From contig DASTOJ010000015.1 in NCBI GenBank assembly GCA_035762565.1, forward strand, positions 11,028 through 75,027: a DNA stretch of 64,000 nucleotides, read 5' to 3'. The notes beneath the pieces were generated by a model. That model was not told the origin of the DNA, searched no databases, and saw nothing but the letters and a program-made list of their open reading frames with translations. This DNA comes from Candidatus Methylomirabilota bacterium. GTDB taxonomy: Bacteria; Methylomirabilota; Methylomirabilia; Rokubacteriales; CSP1-6. The translations under genes were made by a program, and so were the position numbers. This document shows, in pieces, positions 57,837 to 64,000 of this stretch (its first letter is position 1; every line of letters starts with the position of its first letter).

Positions 57837-59660
57837 TTACGCGGCTTCCCAGAGGCCTTCGGCGACGCCGGCGGATTTGTAAGCGTCGCGGATGCGGTCG
57901 AGGTTCTGGGTGGCGAGCAGGCCGATCTTGGCGAAGGGCTCGAAGACCGGGCCCTGGCCGCCGATCAACGGGAACGCGACCTTGGGGAGCTGGTCCCACC
58001 GGGAGTGCAGGGTGGCGCTCACCGCCGCCAGGTGGGCGTAGAAATCCTCCTTGCCCTGCTCGGCCCGCTTGACGATGGGCGTGATGAGACAGTCGATCGC
58101 CTCCCGCGCTCGGGTCGTCGCGCCCTCCACCGCCGCCTCGGCGAGCGGGACCACCGTGACCCCGAGCTCGCCCAGGAAGCGCTGGAGCAGCTGACCGAGC
58201 TTGTCCTGGAGCAGCGCGGCCGGCAGCCCGACGGTCTTGACCGACCGGTGACCGAACTCGCGCGCCTCGGCGTAGAGCTGGGTCTTGAGCCAGTCGACGT
58301 AGGCGCGGTTCTCCTCGTCCTTCCACCACTCGCGGATCATCTTCTTGCCCCAGTAGCGGATCGTCGTGTAGTACAGATCGCGCTTCAGGAGCTTCTTGGC
58401 GATGCCCCGCCAGGAGTAGAACTTGGCCATGGCGTTGAGGGCGGCCATCTGCAACTCGTAGGGGCTCATCCGCCGCGGCTGGTGAACGGCGTGGTGGCCG
58501 TCGTACAGGGTCCAGTTGCGGTTGATCACGTACTTGTCGCCCTTGGCGTAGAGGGAGTCCCAGTCGGGCGAGCCGGGGATCGGCGTCAGGATCATGAACT
58601 GGACCGAGTCGATGTCGTGCTTGAGCGCGAACTCGGCGGTGGCGTCGATCGTCTCCAGATCGTCCTCGTCGGAGCCGACTACGAACATACCGTGGATGCG
58701 GATCTTGTGCGCGTGGAACCGCTCGATCGAGCGCTCGATCTTGGCCAGGTCCTGCTTCTTCTGGAACAGCTTGAGCGTACGCGGGTTGATCGATTCGAAC
58801 CCGACGTAGACGTTGAAGCAGTTGGAGTCGCGCATCATCTGGAGCAGCTCGGGGTCGTCCACCGTCTCCGTCCGCACCTGGGCGCCCCACTGCGGCGTCA
58901 GGTCGAGGGCGATCATCCGGCGTAGCAGCTCCTTCACGCGCTTCTTGTTGGCGGTGAAGATGTCGTCGGCGAAGAACGTGTACATGTTGCCCTTGTGGAT
59001 CTGCAGCTCTTCCAGCACGCGGTCGATCGAGTGCGTCCGGAACGCGTGGCCGTACATGCCGGGCACCGAGCAGAAGGTGCAGGAGAACGGGCACCCGCGG
59101 GAGGTGGCCACGGAGATGACGCCCCCGGGCTTCCAGCCCTCGATGAGCCGGTAGTCGGGGATCGGGTTGACGTCGAGGTTGGGGATCTTGGGCCGCTCGG
59201 GGTTGCTGACGATCCGCCCGTCGTCGGTCCGGTAGGTGAGGTTCTGGATCCGGTCGAACCCGTCGCCGCGCTGGATGGCGTCGACCAGCTCCTGGAAGGC
59301 GAACTCCCCCTCGCCGCGCACGACGAAATCGGCGTGCAACAGCCCTTCCTCGGGCATGAAGCTCGTGTGGGTGCCGCCCATGACAACGATCGCGCCCGCC
59401 GCCCGCGCCACGTCGGCCAGCTTGTAGGACTGGGGCGCCGTGGAGGTGATGGCCGAGACCGCCACCAGGTCGGCCGACCGCACCTCGTTCATGTCGATCG
59501 CCTGGATGTCCTCGATGTAGACGCGCACGTCATAGCCCTGGGCTCGCATGATCGTACCCAGCAGGACGGAGCCCAGACGCGGGATGCACACGCGGCTGTA
59601 GATGTGCAGGTGGGTCGACTTGGGCTCGACGAACACCAGCTTCCTGAGCGGCCGCTTCAT
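57837..59660 (-). CDS. B12-binding-domain radical SAM protein with long C-terminal extension
   Basis: Start MKRPLRKL (SD AGGAGA). N-terminal cobalamin-binding-like Rossmann domain, then CPFSCTFC (CxxxCxxC). ~250 aa of unassigned C-terminal sequence. Confidence 0.8.
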   Translation of the reverse strand: MKRPLRKLVFVEPKSTHLHIYSRVCIPRLGSVLLGTIMRAQGYDVRVYIEDIQAIDMNEVRSADLVAVSAITSTAPQSYKLADVARAAGAIVVMGGTHTSFMPEEGLLHADFVVRGEGEFAFQELVDAIQRGDGFDRIQNLTYRTDDGRIVSNPERPKIPNLDVNPIPDYRLIEGWKPGGVISVATSRGCPFSCTFCSVPGMYGHAFRTHSIDRVLEELQIHKGNMYTFFADDIFTANKKRVKELLRRMIALDLTPQWGAQVRTETVDDPELLQMMRDSNCFNVYVGFESINPRTLKLFQKKQDLAKIERSIERFHAHKIRIHGMFVVGSDEDDLETIDATAEFALKHDIDSVQFMILTPIPGSPDWDSLYAKGDKYVINRNWTLYDGHHAVHQPRRMSPYELQMAALNAMAKFYSWRGIAKKLLKRDLYYTTIRYWGKKMIREWWKDEENRAYVDWLKTQLYAEAREFGHRSVKTVGLPAALLQDKLGQLLQRFLGELGVTVVPLAEAAVEGATTRAREAIDCLITPIVKRAEQGKEDFYAHLAAVSATLHSRWDQLPKVAFPLIGGQGPVFEPFAKIGLLATQNLDRIRDAYKSAGVAEGLWEAA

Positions 59661-59834
59661 ACGCTCGGTCTCCTCGGCGCAAGGCCGTCCCGGTGGACAG
59701 TATGGGGCACCATGGTGGCGGCGAGAATTCGGAGACACGCTACCGCGCGCCGGCTGGCAAGTCAAACCTTGCGGGCCGGCTCCGGCCGCCCTATTTTGGG
59801 CGTCCCTCGGCGCGCCCTGGCGCGGCGGGAGAGA

Positions 59835-60347
59835 CTACCTGGCCACGCGCCCGGCCTGAACCCGGGGCTTGCCCGCCGGCGTCGGCTTGGGCTTGTCGTC
59901 CTTGAGCAAGCCCTTCACCTCGTCCATGAACTGGGCGATGTCCTTGAACTGCCGGTAGACCGAGGCGAAGCGCACGTAAGCGACCTGGTCGAGTCGCTGC
60001 AGCTGCTCCATCACCATGTCGCCCAGCTCCTGGCTGGAAATCTCCTTCTCGGCGCGCTCGTGCAGCTTGGCCTCGATGTCGCCGACGACGTTGTCGACCG
60101 CCTGGATGGCGATCGAGCGCTTCTCGCACGCCTTGAGCAGGGAGCCGCGCAGCTTCTGGCGGTCGAAAGGCTCGCGGCGCCCGTCGCGCTTGACGACGTG
60201 GGGCAGCACGTCCTCGATGTACTCGTAGGTCGTGTACCGCCGGTGGCACTTCAGGCATTCGCGCCGGCGGCGGATGAACTCGCCGTCCCGGCCGACCCGC
60301 GAGTCGACGACACGATCCTCGGTGTGGCCGCAGAACGGGCATTTCAT
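59835..60347 (-). CDS. nrdR: Transcriptional repressor NrdR
   Basis: MKCPFCGHTEDRVVDSR...RRRRECLKCHRRYTTYE Zn-ribbon plus ATP-cone. Confidence 0.95.
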   Translation of the reverse strand: MKCPFCGHTEDRVVDSRVGRDGEFIRRRRECLKCHRRYTTYEYIEDVLPHVVKRDGRREPFDRQKLRGSLLKACEKRSIAIQAVDNVVGDIEAKLHERAEKEISSQELGDMVMEQLQRLDQVAYVRFASVYRQFKDIAQFMDEVKGLLKDDKPKPTPAGKPRVQAGRVAR

Positions 60348-60390
60348 CGGGGCCCACCTCCTGTGCCGAGCCGGCCGCTGGCGAGCCCGG

Positions 60391-61641
60391 TCACCTGACC
60401 CGGTCCGGGTACAGCGGGAAGCGGCCGGTCAGCTCCTGGACCCGGCCGCGTACCTCGGCCTCGACCGCAGAGACGCCGAGGCTGCCCAGCACCCGGTCGA
60501 TCAGCTCGGCGATCACCGTCATCTCGGCCTCCTTCATCCCCCGCGTGGTGACCGCCGGCGTGCCCAGCCGGATGCCGCTCGTCACCATCGGGCTCCTCGT
60601 CTCGAACGGGATGGTGTTCTTGTTGACGGTGATCCAGGCCCGGTCGAGAGCCTCCTGGGCGTCCTTGCCGGTGAGGTTCCGCGGCGACAGGTCGAGCAGC
60701 AGCAGATGCGTGTCGGTGCCGCCCGTCACCAGCCGGTGGCCGCGGGCCAGCAGGGCGTCCGCCAGGGCCCGCGCGTTCCGGACGATCTGCTGCTGGTAGG
60801 CGCGCCAGTCGGGAGCCAGCGCCTCCTTGAAGGCCACGGCCTTGGCGGCGACGACGTGCATGAGCGGACCACCCTGCACGCCGGGCATCACGGTCCTGTC
60901 CAGCGCCTGGGCGTGCACGGCCCGGCACATCACCATGCCGCCGCGCGGCCCGCGCAGCGTCTTGTGCGTGGTCGTGGTGACGAAATCAGCGACGCCGACC
61001 GGCGAGGGATGCAGGCCGGCCGCGACGAGCCCGGCCGGATGGGCGATATCGGCCATCAGCGTCGCGCCCACCTCGCGGGCGATCTCGCCGAACGGCGTAA
61101 AGTCGATGGCGCGCGGGAACGCGGAACCGCCGGCGATGATGAGCCTGGGCCGGTGCTGCTTGGCCAGGTCGCGCACCTGGTCCAGGTCGATTCGCTCGGT
61201 GTCGCGCCGCACGCCGTAGGCCACGATCGAGTAGAACTTGCCCGAGTAGTTCACCGGGCTGCCGGCGGTGAGGTGGCCGCCGTGCGCGAGGTTGGGGCCG
61301 AGCACGACGTCGCCGGGCTTGAGCAGCGTGAAGTAGACGGCCATGTTGGCCTGGGCGCCCGAGTGCGGCTGCACGTTGGCGTGCTCGCAGCCGAACAGCT
61401 CCCTGGCCCGGGCGATGGCGAGCTCCTCGACCACGTCGACGATCTCGCAGCCGCCGTAGTAGCGCCGGCCGGGATAGCCCTCGGCGTACTTGTTGGTGAG
61501 GACAGAGCCGGTCGCCTCCAGGACCGCCTCGGACACGAAGTTTTCCGAGGCGATCAGCTCGAGGTTGCGGTGCTGGCGCTGGGCCTCCTCGAGGAGGGCC
61601 TTGGCGACCTCGGGGTCGACATCTGCGAGCCGCCGGGCCAT
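60391..61641 (-). CDS. glyA: Serine hydroxymethyltransferase
   Basis: [36 protein letters not shown] (PLP Lys); start at [11 protein letters not shown]. Confidence 0.95.
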   Translation of the reverse strand: MARRLADVDPEVAKALLEEAQRQHRNLELIASENFVSEAVLEATGSVLTNKYAEGYPGRRYYGGCEIVDVVEELAIARARELFGCEHANVQPHSGAQANMAVYFTLLKPGDVVLGPNLAHGGHLTAGSPVNYSGKFYSIVAYGVRRDTERIDLDQVRDLAKQHRPRLIIAGGSAFPRAIDFTPFGEIAREVGATLMADIAHPAGLVAAGLHPSPVGVADFVTTTTHKTLRGPRGGMVMCRAVHAQALDRTVMPGVQGGPLMHVVAAKAVAFKEALAPDWRAYQQQIVRNARALADALLARGHRLVTGGTDTHLLLLDLSPRNLTGKDAQEALDRAWITVNKNTIPFETRSPMVTSGIRLGTPAVTTRGMKEAEMTVIAELIDRVLGSLGVSAVEAEVRGRVQELTGRFPLYPDRVR

Positions 61642-61673
61642 AGGCCCGACCATACCGATTGTGGCCGTCCAGG

Positions 61674-62876
61674 TCAAGGACAGCTACATATCGGGCTCCT
61701 GGCGGCCGGGAACTCGAACGTCTCCACCACCGCGCCAGCCAGCCCCGCCTCGACCAGCCGCGCGACGTCCAGCCGGGCCTCGGCCGCCTCCGCTTCGCCG
61801 ACGGTCATGCGGGTCAGCGGGTGCTTGGGAACGAAGAGCGTGCAACAGTCGGCGTCGGGCTCGATCGAGATCGCGAAGGTGCCCAGCCGCCGGGCCTCGT
61901 CGGTGATCTCGAGCTTGTCGGTGCCGATCAGCGGCCGAAACACGGGTCCGGCCGCCACCGCGTCGATGGCCGCGATGTTCTCGAGGGTCTGGGAGGCGAC
62001 CTGGCCGAGGCTCTCGCCGGTGGTGAGCGCCAGGGCTCCCGTCCGCCGGGCGATCGCCTCGGCGATGCGGACCATCAGCCGGCGATAGACGACAACACGC
62101 GCGGGCCCCGGCACCGAGAGCACGACCTCGCGCTGGATCTCGCCGAACGGCACCAGGTACAGGCGCGAGGCGTACTGCCACTCGGTCAGCTGCTCGACCA
62201 GCGCGCGCGCCTTGGCCTGGGAGGTCGGCGGCAGGTAGGGAACGCTGTGGAAGTGCACGAACACCACCCGGCAGCCGCGCTTCATCATGCGCCAGGCCGC
62301 CACCGGCGAATCGATGCCGCCCGACAGCAGCGCCGCCACGGTGCCGCTCACCCCGATGGGCAGGCCGCCCGGGCCGGGCCGCCGCTCCAGCGACACGAAC
62401 GCCTCGTCGGGCAGGACCTCCACCACGATCTCCACCTCCGGGTGCTCGAGGTCCACCCGCGTGGCCACCCGCTCGAGCACGAAGGCGCCGAGCGCCCGGT
62501 TCAGCTCCACGCTGGTCATGGGATACGTCTTGAACGCGCGGCGCGCGGTGATCCGGAAGGAGGCGAACGCGCGCCCCTCGACGAGGCGGCCGACCAGCCC
62601 GCGCATGGCCTCCAGCGTGGCCGGGACCCGGTAGCCGAGCGCGACGCTGGCCACGCCGCACACGCGCGTGGCCCGGTCGCGCACCGCCTCCGGCCGGGGG
62701 TGGCCGTCGAGGTGGAGGACGATGCGTCCCGGCCGCTGGCGCAGCGTCATCGGCCCCAGGTCGGCGACGGCGCGCTCGAGGTTGCGGGCCAGGTGACGCA
62801 GGAAGAGCGGCCGGTTGCCGCGCTTGAGGCTGATCTCGTGGTAGTGGACGACGAGCACCGGACGCAGGCGCGTCAC
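61674..62876 (-). CDS. thiI: tRNA 4-thiouridine(8) synthase ThiI (no rhodanese domain)
   Basis: [17 protein letters not shown] region, PP-loop [13 protein letters not shown]. Confidence 0.9.
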   Translation of the reverse strand: MTRLRPVLVVHYHEISLKRGNRPLFLRHLARNLERAVADLGPMTLRQRPGRIVLHLDGHPRPEAVRDRATRVCGVASVALGYRVPATLEAMRGLVGRLVEGRAFASFRITARRAFKTYPMTSVELNRALGAFVLERVATRVDLEHPEVEIVVEVLPDEAFVSLERRPGPGGLPIGVSGTVAALLSGGIDSPVAAWRMMKRGCRVVFVHFHSVPYLPPTSQAKARALVEQLTEWQYASRLYLVPFGEIQREVVLSVPGPARVVVYRRLMVRIAEAIARRTGALALTTGESLGQVASQTLENIAAIDAVAAGPVFRPLIGTDKLEITDEARRLGTFAISIEPDADCCTLFVPKHPLTRMTVGEAEAAEARLDVARLVEAGLAGAVVETFEFPAARSPICSCP

Positions 62877-62880
62877 GGCG

Positions 62881-63477
62881 TCAGCCGAGCTCCGGCGCCA
62901 GCGCCCGGGCCCGGTCCAGCTCCTCGGGCGTGTTGACGTTCATGAAGACGACGTCGGGCGGGCGGTGCCGCGCGACCTCGACCGCGGCGATCTCCACCAC
63001 GCGGACGTCCTCGAAGAACCCGACGATCCTCAGCCGCCCGGCCCGCAGGCGCGCCTCGATGTGCGGCAGGCAGGCCTTGCCGTACACCGCGTGCAGCGTC
63101 TCGAGCTGGTCGCCGACGCGCGGGACGACGACGTCGCCGTCCGCGGCCCGGCTCACGACGAGGCGCGCGACGTCGCGCTGCAGGAAAGGCATGTCGCAGG
63201 CGACCGTGAACGCGGCGTCGCCGGGGGCGGCGGCCAGGCCCGTGAAGATCCCGCCGAGCGAGCCGTGCTCCGGCCAGGCGTCGACGACCATCGGTACTCC
63301 CAGGAACCCGTAGAGCTCGGGCGTGTTGGTCACGATGAGCACATCGTCCACCACGGCGCCGACCACGTCCAGCACGCGCTCGATGATTCTCCGGCCGCCG
63401 AGCTCCAGCAGCGCCTTGGGCCGTCCGCCCATCCGGATGCTCTTGCCGCCGGCCTGGATCACGCCCGTGACGCGCAC
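62881..63477 (-). CDS. mobA: Molybdenum cofactor guanylyltransferase
   Basis: GVIQAGGKSIRMGG.PKALLELGG; 198 aa. Confidence 0.85.
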   Translation of the reverse strand: MRVTGVIQAGGKSIRMGGRPKALLELGGRRIIERVLDVVGAVVDDVLIVTNTPELYGFLGVPMVVDAWPEHGSLGGIFTGLAAAPGDAAFTVACDMPFLQRDVARLVVSRAADGDVVVPRVGDQLETLHAVYGKACLPHIEARLRAGRLRIVGFFEDVRVVEIAAVEVARHRPPDVVFMNVNTPEELDRARALAPELG

Positions 63478-63480
63478 GGC

Positions 63481-64000
63481 TCAGACCCTCACGGCGCCCT
63501 GGCGCAGCACGCGCGGCGGATCGACCGTCAGGTCGAGCACCGTGGAGGGCTCGCCGCCGGCAGTGGCGCCGCCGTCGAGCACCAGCTCGATCCGATCGCG
63601 GAAATGGGCGAGCACTCCGTCCGCGGTGCTCGGTGGGGTGGCTCCCGAGGGATTGGCGCTCGGCGCGGTCACCGGCGCCCGGAGCGCGCCGACGAGTCCG
63701 CGGGCCACCGGATGCGCGGACAGCCGGACGCCCACGGTGTCGGAACCTGCGGTGACCTCGACGGGCACGTGCGGGCGCGCGCGCAGCACCAGCGTCAGCG
63801 CCCCCGGCCAGTGCCGCGCCATCAGCACACGCGCCGCCGGCGGGATCTCGGCCGCGAGCCCCTCGACCATGGCGAGCGAGTCGACGAGCACGAGCAGCGG
63901 CTTGGCGTCCGGCCGGCCCTTCACGTCGAAGATCCGCCGCACCGCCGCGGGCTGCAGCGCCGCGGCGCCGAGGCCGTAGAACGTCTCGGTGGGAAAGGCG
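63481..64000 (-). CDS. tsaC: L-threonylcarbamoyladenylate synthase (YrdC/Sua5 family), C-terminal part; gene runs off the window end
   Basis: Manual extension upstream of track ORF 63481..63942: FPTETFYGLGA...IFDVKGRP..PLLVLV...WPGALTLVL...VGVR...TAPSANPSG. Confidence 0.85.
   Translation of the reverse strand, partial: AFPTETFYGLGAAALQPAAVRRIFDVKGRPDAKPLLVLVDSLAMVEGLAAEIPPAARVLMARHWPGALTLVLRARPHVPVEVTAGSDTVGVRLSAHPVARGLVGALRAPVTAPSANPSGATPPSTADGVLAHFRDRIELVLDGGATAGGEPSTVLDLTVDPPRVLRQGAVRV

Noticed and set aside
59657-59713. 18-codon uORF (MVPHTVHRDGLAPRRPSV) whose TGA overlaps the radical SAM ATG, considered as a leader or precursor peptide.
   Set aside because: It has no SD, its ATG is part of a CCATGG palindrome, and its sequence is unremarkable. 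The radical SAM gene has its own strong SD (AGGAGA) inside the uORF, so the overlap is probably coincidental.
59755-59772. TGGCAA-N8-TTGC resembling a sigma54 -24/-12 promoter.
   Set aside because: The GG-to-GC spacing is about 3 nt too long compared with TGGCAC-N5-TTGC. It is on the plus strand with no downstream plus-strand gene.
59771-59798. GC hairpin followed by TATTTTG, considered as an intrinsic terminator or the end of a small RNA.
   Set aside because: Only a 5-6 bp stem with a 2-4 nt loop can form. It is oriented on the plus strand, whereas both flanking genes are on the minus strand, so evidence for an sRNA is insufficient.

Overview
The window is about 70% GC and densely coding. 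I support about 66 protein-coding genes, roughly 80% of them on the minus strand, many joined by ATGA/GTGA stop-start overlaps. I recognised no rRNA, tRNA, CRISPR array, transposase or integrase. All calls come from reading the supplied translations plus manual translation of regions the ORF track misses. No database search was run, so family names rest on recalled motifs. At this GC content many long track ORFs are Arg/Gly/Pro-rich alternate-frame or antisense artefacts, and I discarded them.

Gene content from left to right:
- Surface-glycan and adhesin genes: partial gmd, a giant FN3 + Calx-beta repeat protein, and an epimerase.
- A lipid/acyl-CoA block: hydrolase, Zn-ADH, SDR and an acyl-CoA synthetase.
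- A class III-like PHA locus: phasin, phaR, phaB-like, phaJ-like, short phaE and phaC.
- A TetR-controlled beta-oxidation-like operon.
- A USP-TerC-LLM oxidoreductase operon.
- sppA.
- A roughly 23 kb uninterrupted minus-strand gene train (21054-43745).

The promoter-proximal 10 kb of that train is an atypical gas-vesicle (gvp) cluster:
- It has three GvpA-family genes, three GvpF/L genes, gvpG and gvpK. I found no gvpN, gvpC or gvpO.
- It is interleaved with a histidine kinase, a REC-only response regulator and a hybrid kinase, and is followed by a second, larger hybrid kinase.
- It contains a tandem Get3/ArsA-type ATPase that is translationally coupled between gvpG and gvpL. This is the most interesting signal in the window.
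- It is preceded by a highly structured 180-bp control region.

Downstream genes in the same train are phnA-phnW (phosphonoacetate/2-AEP catabolism), an EamA transporter, HtrA, an amidase with a 50-codon partner ORF, a CPBP protease, a hydratase, a CoA-Nudix hydrolase and a crotonase.

The right third holds:
- A frameshifted GAF-PAS-DHp sensor remnant and a MASE1 hybrid kinase.
- A decarboxylase.
- An orphan meaB fused into an operon with a membrane Fe-S oxidoreductase.
- A penta-heme/mono-heme cytochrome pair.
- Housekeeping genes: rimI, tsaB, nrdR, glyA, thiI, mobA, tsaC.
- A B12-radical SAM gene.
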